Shown: positions 1 to 10,428 of the stretch, in pieces
How positions within the stretch are numbered: position 1 is the stretch's first letter
Layout: each line of letters opens with the position of its first letter
Assembly (NCBI GenBank): GCA_965221695.1
Contig: OZ244905.1
Location: 2,880,001 to 2,944,000 of the forward strand
Length of the DNA: 64,000 nt
Source: Gammaproteobacteria bacterium
GTDB taxonomy: Bacteria; Pseudomonadota; Gammaproteobacteria; Eutrophobiales; Eutrophobiaceae
Direction of reading: 5' to 3'
Position numbers and translations under genes: made by a program
Notes under the pieces: generated by a model
Seen by the model: only the letters and a program-made list of their open reading frames with translations
Databases searched by the model: none
Told to the model about the DNA's origin: nothing

Positions 1-127
1 AGTGAAACAAGGAGTCGCCCTACGGGCGACACAGCATTTGACTGGACTCCCGCTTTTGCGGGAGTGGTACGGTGGCGGTGTTCCCGGTAGCGCCCCCATC
101 CCATTCCCGCGAAAGCGGGAATCCAGT
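1..127 (+). repeat. Tripartite palindromic repeat (B-C-linker-A), truncated by window start
   Basis: GTCGCCC-TAC-GGGCGAC (14-30), ACTGGACTCCCGC-TTTT-GCGGGAGTGG (41-67), CCATTCCCGC-GAAA-GCGGGAATCCAGT (101-127); same unit as the array at 63036-63722. Confidence 0.93.
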
Positions 128-196
128 CAATCAATATCTTCCTTGTCATAAGATGTATTTTGACTAATATATGCCAGCTATGGAGGTGTCATCGAC

Positions 197-1801
197 TTGC
201 TGAGTGATTTTTCAGACATGCCGGACGGGCAGCAGCTACACGCTGATGTCTGTATCATCGGCGCCGGTCCCGCCGGTGTCACCCTCGCTCGAAAGTTGGC
301 AAAACACGGGCATACGGTGTGTTTGCTTGAGTCCGGCGGCGAAGACTTCGAGCAGCAAACCCAGTCATTGTATGCGGGTTCCAGCGTCGGCAGGCGCTAT
401 TATCCGCTGGAAGACTCCCGCCTCAGGTTTTTTGGCGGAACATTGCACATCTGGGGAGGGCGTTGCGCGCGGCTGGACGATATAGACTTTGAACCACGCG
501 AGTGGGTCGCGCATAGCGGCTGGCCGATAAACGCCAGCGCACTGGCCGACTACTATCACCGCGCCCTCGACATGCTGGGTGTGGGCCGCGATCCCTGTGA
601 TGAGCGCCTCCTGCGCGAAATTGACCTGCAGAAACCGCCGTTCGACGAAAAACTGCTGACCACCCGTTTCTGGCAGTTTGCTACGCGCGAGGAACCGTTC
701 GCGCTCAGGCGCTGTGAAGACCTGGTCCGTTCTGAAAACGCGCAAGTCGTCTTGCATGCCAACGCAACACATATCCAGGCCGACCCGAATGCAAGCAGGG
801 TCAAACATATCCAAATCCGCGCGCTGGATGGCAAACAAGGCCGGGTCAGCGCCGCGTATTTCGTCGTTGCCTGTGGGGGAATTGAAAACCCCCGACTTTT
901 GCTCAGTTCATTCGATGTGGAGGTGAACGGCATCGGCAATGGTTTCGATCAGGTTGGCCGTTATTTCATGGAACACCCGTGTTGCCGCGTGGGTCGCCTG
1001 GATACCGACCAGGCCTACGCATTATGGGCCGCGCTGCGTAAAAGGTATCCGGCGAACCGCGCGCCCATCGCGCCGGCGCTGGTCCCGACTGCCTCGTTAC
1101 AGCGGGAAAAAGAGATACTCAACGCGGCGCTGACATTCAAGTTGCAAAGAGACCCCGGTCAAGGTGTCGCCGGCATGAACAAGCTCTATCAGCATATGAA
1201 GCACGAATTGGCGCCTGACCGAAAAGGGCGGCGTCTCTACTATGGATACCGTGATCTGCGAAACTGGTTCGACCGCAGCCTGCGGCCCGTTGGCGAGCGT
1301 GTGCGCGCGGCCTTGGGCACGACCAAGCTTTCCCTGATTTTGCGCGCTGAACAAGCGCCAAATCCAGATAGCCGCGTCCGTTTGTCTAACCGTAAAGACA
1401 GCCTGGGCATGCCCTGCGCGGAGTTGGATTGGCGCCTGTCCGCCCAGGACAAGCACACCGTGTCGACGCTCGCCGATACACTGCAGTCGGAGTTTCAACG
1501 TCTCAGCATAGGCGTTTTGCACAAGAGCGACTGGTTGCAGGAACCGGCAGCGGAGTGGCCTGCCGATTTGACCGTGGGCAATCATCCGCTCGGCGGTTAC
1601 CACCATATGGGAACGACGCGTATGAGCACGGATCCGAAAACAGGGGTCGTCGATGGCGATTGCAGAGTGCATAACCATCAGAACCTGTACGTGGCGGGCA
1701 GCTCAGTATTTCCCACCAGTGGTTGGGCGAACCCGACCCTGACGATCATCGCGCTGTCACTGCGCCTGGCAGACCATCTTGATGTCCGGTTGCGAAATTA
1801 G
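197..1801 (+). CDS. GMC-family FAD-dependent oxidoreductase
   Basis: N-terminal DVCIIGAGPAG Rossmann motif, GRYFMEHP, C-terminal HHMGTTRM...GVVD...NLYVAGSSVFPTSGWANPTLTI. Confidence 0.9.
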   Translation: MLSDFSDMPDGQQLHADVCIIGAGPAGVTLARKLAKHGHTVCLLESGGEDFEQQTQSLYAGSSVGRRYYPLEDSRLRFFGGTLHIWGGRCARLDDIDFEPREWVAHSGWPINASALADYYHRALDMLGVGRDPCDERLLREIDLQKPPFDEKLLTTRFWQFATREEPFALRRCEDLVRSENAQVVLHANATHIQADPNASRVKHIQIRALDGKQGRVSAAYFVVACGGIENPRLLLSSFDVEVNGIGNGFDQVGRYFMEHPCCRVGRLDTDQAYALWAALRKRYPANRAPIAPALVPTASLQREKEILNAALTFKLQRDPGQGVAGMNKLYQHMKHELAPDRKGRRLYYGYRDLRNWFDRSLRPVGERVRAALGTTKLSLILRAEQAPNPDSRVRLSNRKDSLGMPCAELDWRLSAQDKHTVSTLADTLQSEFQRLSIGVLHKSDWLQEPAAEWPADLTVGNHPLGGYHHMGTTRMSTDPKTGVVDGDCRVHNHQNLYVAGSSVFPTSGWANPTLTIIALSLRLADHLDVRLRN

Positions 1802-1834
1802 TAATCCTTCAATATGCTCTTGTCTGACAGCGCT

Positions 1835-1862
1835 TACCATTCCCCCGGCAACGGGAGTGGTA
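1835..1862. repeat. Collapsed single-hairpin form of the tripartite repeat
   Basis: TACCATTCCC-CCGGCAAC-GGGAGTGGTA: left arm of A joined to right arm of C. Confidence 0.7.
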
Positions 1863-1980
1863 CGGAGGCCTGGACCAACAGTTATATGCCGTCGTGGCGA
1901 GCAGGGCGCTGATCAATGGTTTTACAAGATAAGATGCGCGCCGTTATCCAAGCGGCAGTTGCATGAAAGGAGAGAAGTCA

Positions 1981-3180
1981 ATGACAATTTTTGCTCACGT
2001 CCTGGGTGACACATCCATCAAAATCTGGGGATTAACATCTCGCCAGCGACTGCGCAGGCAGTTCAGGCAGCTAAAAAATGTTACACCGGTAGACGATTTG
2101 AATGCGCTGCCCCGCGCCGGGTCAGTTCTCCTGGCGCGGGCCGGTTATCTCACGGAAACACGCGCGCTGAAGCTGTTGTTGGATCGGCCAGGCGTCATGT
2201 TGCGTTGCCCCGTAGACGAACAACTTGCCGCGGCGTTTGTGCCGTGCTCACAATCTAAGCAGGCCATTGAAGCGCTGAACAATAACGGATCTGACGCGCC
2301 GGCCCATTTCGATATAGTAGAGCCGGAAAATCTGGGCGATTACGACGCTACCCTGCGTCGCGCCGCGCCACCCTTGTTGGAGCCTCTATCCGAAGACAAT
2401 CTGCAAAGCCTTGAAGACAAACTGTATGGAAGTTCCTATAAGGGCATCACCGATCTGGTTACCAAATGGTTGTGGCCGCGCCCGGCCCGGGTGGGCGTAC
2501 GCATCTGCGCAAACGCCGGGATCACGCCGAATATGGTGACCCTGACAGGCGTCGCGCTGATGCTGGCGGCCTGTGTCTTGTTTTATAATGGTTACTTCGC
2601 TGCCGGCTTGGTCATCGGTTGGTTTATGACTTATCTGGATACTGTTGACGGCAAACTTGCTCGGGTAACTGTACAATCAAGCAAGTTGGGACACGCGCTT
2701 GACCACGGCATGGACATCATCCATCCGCCGTTCTGGTATGTGCTATGGGGTATGGCTCTGGTTGAATTGCCGGCGCTGTTCGGTATGGACAGAGTTGATA
2801 TGTATTGGCTGATCTTGCTTGGTTATATTCTGGGACGGATTGCAGAACAGAGCTTTTATTTATTCGGCAATACCAGCATGTTTGCCTGGAGACCATTTGA
2901 CGCGTGGTTTCGATTGATTACCGCGCGCCGAAACCCCTGTCTTATCATCTTGACTCTAGCCTGCCTGTTTGGCCGTCCCGACTGGGGATTTATCGGCATT
3001 ACCCTGTGGACCGTAGTTACCACAGCGGTATTACTGTTGCGCTTGCTCCAGGGCGCCATAACGCGGGCGCGCTACGGACCGCTGCGTTCGTGGCTGGCCG
3101 ATCGGGAGACGGCCGCCGCGCAATACCCCAGGACCTACCATACCTTTGAGACTACGCGCGCCGCTTACAGGTCCGGATAG
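1981..3180 (+). CDS. CDP-alcohol phosphatidyltransferase family membrane protein
   Basis: ITPNMVT and LDTVDGKLAR...SSKLGHALDHGMD signature; hydrophobic C-terminal half; ATG 1981 follows a GGAGAG RBS. Confidence 0.85.
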   Translation: MTIFAHVLGDTSIKIWGLTSRQRLRRQFRQLKNVTPVDDLNALPRAGSVLLARAGYLTETRALKLLLDRPGVMLRCPVDEQLAAAFVPCSQSKQAIEALNNNGSDAPAHFDIVEPENLGDYDATLRRAAPPLLEPLSEDNLQSLEDKLYGSSYKGITDLVTKWLWPRPARVGVRICANAGITPNMVTLTGVALMLAACVLFYNGYFAAGLVIGWFMTYLDTVDGKLARVTVQSSKLGHALDHGMDIIHPPFWYVLWGMALVELPALFGMDRVDMYWLILLGYILGRIAEQSFYLFGNTSMFAWRPFDAWFRLITARRNPCLIILTLACLFGRPDWGFIGITLWTVVTTAVLLLRLLQGAITRARYGPLRSWLADRETAAAQYPRTYHTFETTRAAYRSG

Positions 3181-3206
3181 CGGGCGTGTTTTGTTAAACT
3201 ACGTTC

Positions 3207-4070
3207 ATGCAAGAGATCATCGCCATCATTTTCGATTTTGACGACACCCTGGCGCCGGAAAGCACCTCCGGTTACCTGGCTCGTTGCGGTATTGACGCGC
3301 CGGGTTTCTGGGACGAAGAGGTGCGCCCACTGATAGAGGCCGGCGATGCGAGCGACGAGTGGGACCCGATACCCGCATATCTCTACAAGATGATTGAGAA
3401 ATCCAACGGCGGGGAGATTGAACCCATTACCCGGGATAGTTTGGCCGATTGGGGCAAGGAGCTGCCTTTGTACCCTGGTGTTGAAACCATATTCGATCGT
3501 TTGCGCAAAGTGGCCGCCGTGGCGAATCCTCGTGTGATGCTGGAGTTCTACCTGATCAGTTCCGGCATCGGCGAGATAGTGCGAAATACCCCCATTGCCC
3601 ACGAATTCAAGGCTATCTGGGCATCGGATTTTGCTTACGATGACGCGGGACGCATTACATTTCCGCGCAAGATGATCAGTTTTACCGACAAGACCCGTTA
3701 TATTTTTCATATTCAGAAGGGCTTTTTCGGCCCAGATTATGTAGGCAAGCCCTTCGAGGTAAACCGCAAGGTGGACTCTGACCGGCTCAGGGTGCCGATG
3801 AAGCAGATGATCTTCGTCGGAGATGGATTTACCGACGTGCCTTGTTTTTCTCTTATACAACAAAACGGTGGCATTGTCTTCGGCGTATTTGGCGACCTGA
3901 AAAACCCCGAGCAGCGTAGCAGGGCCTGGGGCTTCGCAGAGCAGGGACGCGTCTTCAACATGGTGCAAGCCGACTATGCCGAAAACTCTCATCTGACGAA
4001 TTTCCTCACCATGGCAGTGGAGCAACTGGCAAAACGTATTTCGCTTGCCGGTCACACTTTCCAGGGTTGA
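3207..4070 (+). CDS. HAD-family hydrolase
   Basis: IIFDFDDTL motif I, LISSG motif II, FVGDGFTD motif IV. Confidence 0.85.
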   Translation: MQEIIAIIFDFDDTLAPESTSGYLARCGIDAPGFWDEEVRPLIEAGDASDEWDPIPAYLYKMIEKSNGGEIEPITRDSLADWGKELPLYPGVETIFDRLRKVAAVANPRVMLEFYLISSGIGEIVRNTPIAHEFKAIWASDFAYDDAGRITFPRKMISFTDKTRYIFHIQKGFFGPDYVGKPFEVNRKVDSDRLRVPMKQMIFVGDGFTDVPCFSLIQQNGGIVFGVFGDLKNPEQRSRAWGFAEQGRVFNMVQADYAENSHLTNFLTMAVEQLAKRISLAGHTFQG

Positions 4071-4178
4071 AGTGAAAGAGTCGCCCTTCGGGCGACACAG
4101 CATTTGACTGGACTCCCGCTTCTCAGCCTGCCCCTGTATGGCGTTGAGCAGGGGCAGGCTGGGAAGCGGGAATCCAGT
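4071..4178 (+). repeat. Tripartite repeat with nested hairpin insert
   Basis: B hairpin, then C left arm + CAGCCTGCCCCTG-TATGGCGTTGAG-CAGGGGCAGGCTG + A right arm, forming a ~30-bp stem between convergent genes. Confidence 0.88.
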
Positions 4179-4193
4179 AGACAACAAAACTCC

Positions 4194-6257
4194 TTAATGC
4201 GCGCGCAAAGACTCTTGCAACGCCTCCAGGTCCGAAACCGGTTCCTGGCAGACAAAGCCGGCGCAGACAAATGCCGTAGCGGGCGCGTCGGTCTGCTTCT
4301 CACGGATCAGCGCCGGCAGGTCCGGCGCATCGGCAGGAATGGCAAATACCAGGGAACGCACATCCAGCAACGGGTCGATCTGTTGCCGCCATTCGGTGAT
4401 CACCTCCTCCTCACCGCGCAGGATGATTGTCCGCCCGGGGTTATCGTATTCCATCAGCGCTTGCAGTAGCGCGGCGCAGGTGTGCGGCGCCTGTTGCAGC
4501 AGGCCCCACGCGCATTTCAGGGTCTGTTCCGCAGCGTCCAGGTAGTCTTGGCGCCCGGTCAGGCGCCCCAGCACGAGCAGTGACCGGGCGGCTACGCCGT
4601 TGCCGGAAGGCAGCGAGTCGTCGGTGAAGTCCTTGCGCCGTTGCAGCAGGGTCTCATGGTCGTGGGAAGTAAAAAAGAAACCACCTTCGTCCTGGTCGAA
4701 AAACTGCTCAAGCAGCGTATCAGCCAGTTGCATGGCAAGACCCAGCCACTTACAGGACCAGTTGCAGGCAAGCAGGTGGATAATGGCGTCGATGAGAAAA
4801 GCATAGTCGTCCAGGTACGCATTCAGGTGCGCCCTGCCGTCCTTGTACGTGGCCGCGAGCCGTTTCCCATCCCACAGGTTGGCATGGATGAACGCAAGGC
4901 AGCGCAATGCAGACTGGTAATAGTCGGGTTCCTGCAGGCGCATGGACGCCATGCTCATGCCTTTGATCATCAGCGCGTTCCAGGATGTAAGGACCTTGTC
5001 ATCGCGGCCGGGCCGAACCCGCTGTTCCCGTTCCGCGAACAGTTTCTCCCTGGCGCGGTCCAGGTTTTGCGTTATCTCTTCCAGATCCCGGCCCGACCGG
5101 CGCGCGATCTCCTCCGGGGTTTGCGCCACGTACAGGTGCCAGCGGCCTTCAAAGTTGTCGGGCCGATCCAGGCCGGCGTAGGCCGTGAAGTCATCGAACT
5201 CTGAATCGGTCAGCAGCCGGTGCGCTTCACCGGGCTCCCAGGTGTAGAACTTCCCCTCCTCACCTTCGGAATCGGCGTCCAGGGAAGAGTAGTAGCCGCC
5301 TTCCTCGGATTGCATCTCGCGCATTACCCATGCGGCCGTCCCCCGGGCGACCTGCCGGAACAGCCCGCGCCGGCTGCTGCGCCAGGCATTGGCGTACAGC
5401 CCCAACAGCGGCCCGTTGTCGTACAGCATTTTTTCAAAATGCGGGATACGCCAACGCGCATCGACCGAATAGCGGCAGAAGCCGCCGCCGACCTGGTCGT
5501 AAATACCACCCTGGGCCATCTTCTCCAGGGTGAAATACGCGATGTCCCGGGAACCGCCGTCACCGTTCAGCGCATGCCGGCTGAGCAACAGATCGATATT
5601 GACCGGGTGGGGAAACTTGGGCGCTCCCCCGAACCCGCCGTCGCGCGAGTCGAAGGCGCGCGCCAGCATGTCCACGCACTGTGTCACCGGGCTGCTGTCG
5701 AGACCGGCATCCTCAGCGGACGGTTCATGCTTTTGGGTCTGCTCCAGGGCCTGCATAAATGCGCTGTTCTGCTCGACCAGGGCTTGACGGTCTTCCTGGT
5801 AAGCCTGGTGCACCCTGGCCAGCAGGTATTTGAAGCTCGGCAGACCATGGCGCGATTCCGGCGGGAAGTAGGTGCCGCCGAAGAACGGCGTATGGTCATC
5901 GGGCATCAGGAACATGGTCAGCGGCCAGCCCCCCGTGCGGCCTGACAGCAATTGCTGCGCGGTCTGGTAGATCTTGTCGATATCGGGCCGTTCCTCCCGG
6001 TCCACCTTGATGTTGATGAACCAGCGGTTCATCAGCGCCGCGGTCTCCTCGTCCTCGAAGGACTCGTGCGCCATTACATGGCACCAGTGGCAAGCCGAAT
6101 AGCCGATGGACAGCAGGATGGGTTTTCCCTCTTGCCGCGCAAGCGCCAGGGTTTCCTCGTTCCAGGGATACCAGACAACCGGGTTGTGTGCGTGTTGCAA
6201 CAGGTAAGGACTGGTCTCGCCGGCAAGCGCGTTAGGCGGGGAGGATTGATCGCTCAT
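4194..6257 (-). CDS. Thioredoxin-domain protein, YyaL/SSP411 (DUF255) family
   Basis: [52 protein letters not shown]; start moved to ATG 6257 to avoid the tRNA. Confidence 0.92.
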   Translation of the reverse strand: MSDQSSPPNALAGETSPYLLQHAHNPVVWYPWNEETLALARQEGKPILLSIGYSACHWCHVMAHESFEDEETAALMNRWFINIKVDREERPDIDKIYQTAQQLLSGRTGGWPLTMFLMPDDHTPFFGGTYFPPESRHGLPSFKYLLARVHQAYQEDRQALVEQNSAFMQALEQTQKHEPSAEDAGLDSSPVTQCVDMLARAFDSRDGGFGGAPKFPHPVNIDLLLSRHALNGDGGSRDIAYFTLEKMAQGGIYDQVGGGFCRYSVDARWRIPHFEKMLYDNGPLLGLYANAWRSSRRGLFRQVARGTAAWVMREMQSEEGGYYSSLDADSEGEEGKFYTWEPGEAHRLLTDSEFDDFTAYAGLDRPDNFEGRWHLYVAQTPEEIARRSGRDLEEITQNLDRAREKLFAEREQRVRPGRDDKVLTSWNALMIKGMSMASMRLQEPDYYQSALRCLAFIHANLWDGKRLAATYKDGRAHLNAYLDDYAFLIDAIIHLLACNWSCKWLGLAMQLADTLLEQFFDQDEGGFFFTSHDHETLLQRRKDFTDDSLPSGNGVAARSLLVLGRLTGRQDYLDAAEQTLKCAWGLLQQAPHTCAALLQALMEYDNPGRTIILRGEEEVITEWRQQIDPLLDVRSLVFAIPADAPDLPALIREKQTDAPATAFVCAGFVCQEPVSDLEALQESLRAH

Positions 6258-6293
6258 GCAGAGATTATCCGTTATAATGAAACCGTTATCCAG

Positions 6294-6370
6294 GCGCCTG
6301 TAGCTCAGTTGGATAGAGTGCTGCCCTCCGAAGGCAGAAGTCACAGGTTCGAATCCTGTCAGGCGCGCCA
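6294..6370 (+). tRNA. tRNA-Arg(CCG)
   Basis: GCGCCTG acceptor stem, TAGCTCAGTTGGATAGAG D arm, CTGCC-CTCCGAA-GGCAG anticodon arm, GGTTCGAATCC T arm, CCA end; 77 nt. Confidence 0.97.
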
Positions 6371-6457
6371 GTTCCAGGCCGAGGTCCGGCCATAGGTAAT
6401 ACTATTGAGCGCATATTGGTTATTCCAAAAGACGGCTTCAGGAAAGATAATATATAG

Positions 6458-6484
6458 GGAAGCTCTGATTTCATCAGAGGTTTC
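6458..6484. mobile_element. Minimal IS5-like inverted-end element with 4-bp ATAG direct repeat
   Basis: ATAG-GGAAGCTCTGA-tttca-TCAGAGGTTTC-ATAG; related copies at 15065, 19758, 49364 and a half copy at 9802. Confidence 0.6.
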
Positions 6485-6517
6485 ATAGGTAATTGAACTT
6501 TCTGTGCTGCGACTGTC

Positions 6518-7300
6518 ATGCTGACATTCCCGAATATTGATCCCGTTGCCGTCGACCTGGGGTTCCTGCAGATCCGCTGGTACGGGATCAGTTATATCGC
6601 CGGCATCCTGGGGGCCTGGGCGCTGTTGCATTACCGGGCTAAGACCGGGCGTTTTGGGTGGACTGCCGAACAGGTCGGTGACCTGATGTTTTACGGCATC
6701 CTGGGCGTCATCATCGGCGGCCGGCTCGGGTCGGCGCTGTTCTACAACCTGCCCTATTACCTGGACAACCCGCTAGACATAGTCAAAATCTGGCAGGGCG
6801 GCATGTCGTTCCACGGCGGGCTGCTGGGGGTCATCGCGGCCTGCTGGTTGTACGGACGCAAGATCAACAAGACCTTCTTCGAAGTCACTGATTTCCTGGC
6901 GCCGGTCGTCCCCATCGGCCTGTTCACCGGCCGCCTGGGCAATTTTATCAATGCGGAACTGTGGGGCAAACCGTCAGACCTGCCCTGGGCAATGGTGTTC
7001 CCGGGCGCCGGACCGCTGCCGCGCCACCCGACACAACTCTATGAAGCATTCCTGGAAGGGCTGTGCCTGTTCATCATCCTCTGGTGGTTCTCCGCCCGTC
7101 CGCGCCCGCTGATGGCCGTCTCCGGGCTGTTCCTGCTGGGCTACGGCCTGTTTCGTTTTGCGGTGGAATTCCTGCGCGAGCCGGATGCCCACCTGGGTTA
7201 TCTTGGTTTCGGCTGGCTTACGATGGGGCAGGTATTGTCCTTTCCGATGATCCTTATTGGTGTGCTATTGTGTGCCGTGGCGCACGGCAGGTTCAGGTGA
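6518..7300 (+). CDS. lgt: Prolipoprotein diacylglyceryl transferase
   Basis: [34 protein letters not shown]. Confidence 0.97.
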   Translation: MLTFPNIDPVAVDLGFLQIRWYGISYIAGILGAWALLHYRAKTGRFGWTAEQVGDLMFYGILGVIIGGRLGSALFYNLPYYLDNPLDIVKIWQGGMSFHGGLLGVIAACWLYGRKINKTFFEVTDFLAPVVPIGLFTGRLGNFINAELWGKPSDLPWAMVFPGAGPLPRHPTQLYEAFLEGLCLFIILWWFSARPRPLMAVSGLFLLGYGLFRFAVEFLREPDAHLGYLGFGWLTMGQVLSFPMILIGVLLCAVAHGRFR

Positions 7301-7383
7301 GTCTGATTTGATATGTCAGTACAAACTTACCTGTGCCATTGTTGTGCACGCGGAAATTCGCGCTGCGTAGATGACGCACCGGA

Positions 7384-7409
7384 ACCATTCCCGCGTGCAC
7401 GGGAATGGT
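7384..7409. repeat. Collapsed single-hairpin form of the tripartite repeat
   Basis: ACCATTCCC-GCGTGCAC-GGGAATGGT, followed by a partial B arm GGCGACACA. Confidence 0.7.
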
Positions 7410-7456
7410 ACGGGGCGCAGGCGACACATTATCATTGAGTTGAAATAAAGCCCGGC

Positions 7457-8251
7457 ATGAAACAATACCTGGACCTGTTGCGCCATGTACGCGATGAAGG
7501 CGCTCGGAAATCCGACCGCACCGGCACCGGTACACTCAGTGTCTTTGGCTACCAGATGCGCTTCGACCTGAGTCAGTCATTCCCGGCGCTCACTACCAAA
7601 AAACTGCATTTCAAATCCATCATCCACGAACTGTTGTGGTTTTTGCAGGGAGAATCGAACATTCGTTACCTGCGCGAGCACGGCGTCACCATCTGGGATG
7701 AGTGGGCCGATGAACAAGGAGAGTTGGGACCGGTCTACGGCGTGCAGTGGCGCGCTTGGCGCACGGCGGATGGCGCGGTCATAGACCAGGTTGCCGATGT
7801 GGTCGACCAGATCAAGGCCAACCCTGACTCGCGGCGGCTTATTGTCAGCGCCTGGAACCCGGGCCAGATCGGCAAAATGGCCCTGGCGCCCTGCCACGCC
7901 TTTTTCCAGTTCTACGTGAACAACGGCGCGCTGTCCTGCCAGATGTACCAGCGCAGCGCAGACATCTTCCTGGGAGTGCCGTTTAACATCGCCTCCTACT
8001 CACTGCTCACCCTGATGATGGCCCAGGTCACCGGCCTGAAGCCGAGCGAATTCGTCCACACCCTGGGCGACGCCCACCTGTACCTGAACCACCTGGAGCA
8101 GGCAGATGAGCAGTTGACCCGGGAACCCTTACCGCCGCCGCAGATGCGGCTAAACCCCGATGTCAAGGATATTTTCGGCTTCCGCTACGAGGATTTTGAA
8201 CTGGTCGGCTACGAGGCACACCCATCCATCCCGGCGCCTATCGCGGTTTGA
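7457..8251 (+). CDS. thyA: Thymidylate synthase
   Basis: [43 protein letters not shown]. Confidence 0.98.
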   Translation: MKQYLDLLRHVRDEGARKSDRTGTGTLSVFGYQMRFDLSQSFPALTTKKLHFKSIIHELLWFLQGESNIRYLREHGVTIWDEWADEQGELGPVYGVQWRAWRTADGAVIDQVADVVDQIKANPDSRRLIVSAWNPGQIGKMALAPCHAFFQFYVNNGALSCQMYQRSADIFLGVPFNIASYSLLTLMMAQVTGLKPSEFVHTLGDAHLYLNHLEQADEQLTREPLPPPQMRLNPDVKDIFGFRYEDFELVGYEAHPSIPAPIAV

Positions 8252-8296
8252 TCCCTCCACGGAACTCCTTAAATCGTCACCATATTCTGAAGGCTG

Positions 8297-8797
8297 ATGA
8301 TCATCTCACTCATTGTCGCCATGGACCGTCGGGGCGTCATCGGCGCCGACGGCGCCTTGCCCTGGCGCCTGTCCGATGACCTGAAACGGTTCAAGGCCAT
8401 CACTATGGGAAAACCGCTGATCATGGGTCGGAAGACCCACGAATCCATCGGCCGGCCGCTGCCCGAGCGCCGCAACATCATCCTCACCCGGCAACAGGAG
8501 TATACAGCCGAGGGTTGCATCGTGTGCGATAACGCAGAGGAGGCGCTGGCAGCCTGCGCCGGCTATGAAGAGGTGATGGTCATGGGCGGCGCGACATTGT
8601 ACGAATTGTTTCTGCCGCGCGCCGGGCGCATCTACCTGACCCGGGTGCAGGCGGAAGTCGATGGCGATACCTGGTTCCCGCCGTTCGACGAGAGCGCCTG
8701 GAACGTGGTTGAACGCCGGGACTATCCGGCAGACGCAAACAACGAATACGCGTGCAGTTTTCAGGTACTGGAAAAAACCGGGGCTGTTATGTGCTAA
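8297..8797 (+). CDS. folA: Dihydrofolate reductase
   Basis: LPWRLSDDLKRFK, MGRKTHESIGRPLPERRNII, GDTWFP. Confidence 0.96.
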   Translation: MIISLIVAMDRRGVIGADGALPWRLSDDLKRFKAITMGKPLIMGRKTHESIGRPLPERRNIILTRQQEYTAEGCIVCDNAEEALAACAGYEEVMVMGGATLYELFLPRAGRIYLTRVQAEVDGDTWFPPFDESAWNVVERRDYPADANNEYACSFQVLEKTGAVMC

Positions 8798-8911
8798 CTT
8801 GCAAGCGCTCTGTCGGAAAAGCTTTGGCGTAAAGCCCACCAGGCTGGCGCCGCACTCGGCTATATCCAGATGCTTCGTGTTACCGCTTGCCTGCAAGTTC
8901 AAACTCGGTGT

Positions 8912-9733
8912 CTAACCTTGCCTGGACGGCGCCACGAAATAATGCCCGTCCTCCAGACGCATCGCCATCAGTTCACCGCCCCAGACACAGCCCATGTCCA
9001 GCGGAAACACGTTGAAGCGTTTGTAGTCCTGGCGGTAATCCCTGAGTGCGGCCCAGTGCCCGAAAATGATCTTATCCGCCAGGGTCTTCCTGCCGGCGAC
9101 CTCGAACCAGGGTTGTGCGTCTTGGGCGTCGGGTACGCCTTTCTCGCTCAGGTTCAGCACACCGTCCTGACTGCAGAAGCGGATACGGGTCAGGCAATTG
9201 GTGATGTAGCGCAGCCGATCCCAGCCGCTCAGGTCCGCCGACCAGCAATCCGGTTGGTTGCCGTACATATTGGCGAAGTAATCCCGGTAATGCGGTCCCC
9301 GTAACGCTTGTTCCACCTCCGCGGCGTAGTCCAGCGCCTGGTCGAGCCGCCATTGCGGCGGCAGGCCGGCATGCACCATGGTGTAGCCGGTTTGCTCGTC
9401 GTGATGCATCAATGGCAGCCGCCGTAACCAGTGCAGCAGTTCGGCGCAATCATCCGCTCCCAGGATGTCATCGAGGGTATCGCCGGCATGCTGGTACTGG
9501 GGCTGGCCGTTGCCGATCGCCAGCAGGTGCAATTCGTGATTGCCGAGCACGGTAACCGCCGCATCCCCCAGGCTCTTCACGAAACGCAGGCACGCCAGTG
9601 ATTGCGGGCCGCGGTTGACCAGGTCGCCGGTGAACCAGAGCCGATCCTGCGCCGGGTCGAACCGGATCATTTTCAGCAGTTCCTCAAGTTCGTCGAAACA
9701 ACCTTGCAGATCGCCAATGGCAAAAGTAGCCAT
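8912..9733 (-). CDS. apaH: Symmetrical bis(5'-nucleosyl)-tetraphosphatase
   Basis: IGDLQGC, GDLVNRGP, LGNHE, HAG, FGHW, LDMGCVWG. Confidence 0.96.
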   Translation of the reverse strand: MATFAIGDLQGCFDELEELLKMIRFDPAQDRLWFTGDLVNRGPQSLACLRFVKSLGDAAVTVLGNHELHLLAIGNGQPQYQHAGDTLDDILGADDCAELLHWLRRLPLMHHDEQTGYTMVHAGLPPQWRLDQALDYAAEVEQALRGPHYRDYFANMYGNQPDCWSADLSGWDRLRYITNCLTRIRFCSQDGVLNLSEKGVPDAQDAQPWFEVAGRKTLADKIIFGHWAALRDYRQDYKRFNVFPLDMGCVWGGELMAMRLEDGHYFVAPSRQG

Positions 9734-9864
9734 GGGTTTACCGTCCGCGCAACGCGAAGTTGCGAAAGGGCATAGTTCTCTTTCCCGTTAATATTGACAT
9801 GTTCAGAGCTTCCTTAACTGGAAAGAGAACCAGCGTGCCCGACAACGAACGAACTGGTTGCAGA

Positions 9865-10251
9865 TCAGTGCAATGTAAGCGGCGTGGACAGGTTGAATAC
9901 CGGAATTGGCGAGGCAAATTCAACGCCGTCTTCGGCCATGATGTCGTAGTTGCCTTGCATGCAGCCCACCGGGGTCTCCAGCACGGCGCCGCTGGTATAT
10001 TCAAAGGACTGGCCGGGCCGCAAGTGAGGTTGTTCCCCGACCACGCCATCCCCGTGAACTTCCTGCACCTTGTTGTTTGCATCGGTGATGATCCAATGCC
10101 GGCGCAGCAGAGTTCCCGGGACGCTGCCTGTGTTAGTGATGGATATAGTGTAGGCAAACACAAACCGATTATCCTCAGGGATGGATTGTTCCTGCAGGTA
10201 GGCGGTCTTTACCTTTACGGAGAATTGGTAACGTTCATTATTTTCCAACAT
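9865..10251 (-). CDS. apaG: ApaG protein
   Basis: FVFAYTISITN, RHWIITDA, GDGVVGEQP, FEYTSGAVLETPVG. Confidence 0.96.
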   Translation of the reverse strand: MLENNERYQFSVKVKTAYLQEQSIPEDNRFVFAYTISITNTGSVPGTLLRRHWIITDANNKVQEVHGDGVVGEQPHLRPGQSFEYTSGAVLETPVGCMQGNYDIMAEDGVEFASPIPVFNLSTPLTLH

Positions 10252-10383
10252 AGTGGGCTTAACCTTAATTGCTTGACGCCAGTCATGTCAATATTTTTTC
10301 AGTCTGCTATGTAAGTTTTGTTGTATAACCCATGTCCGATGCCATACTCCAGGAACCCCCCGTTTTCACGGGTACAGGCTACA

Positions 10384-10424
10384 GAATCCAGTAAAACAAC
10401 GGGTCGCCTTTCAGGCAACACAGT
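10384..10424 (+). repeat. Partial tripartite repeat (end of A plus degenerate B)
   Basis: GAATCCAGTAAAACAACGGGTCGCCTTTCAGGCAACACAGT. Confidence 0.7.
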
Positions 10425-10428
10425 CTGG

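Noticed and set aside
6258-6344. N-terminal extension of the YyaL-like ORF
   Set aside because: It overlaps tRNA-Arg on the opposite strand; recognisable family sequence begins after ATG 6257.
6294-6520. Genomic island integrated at tRNA-Arg
   Set aside because: No integrase, no duplicated tRNA 3' end seen, and housekeeping lgt follows.
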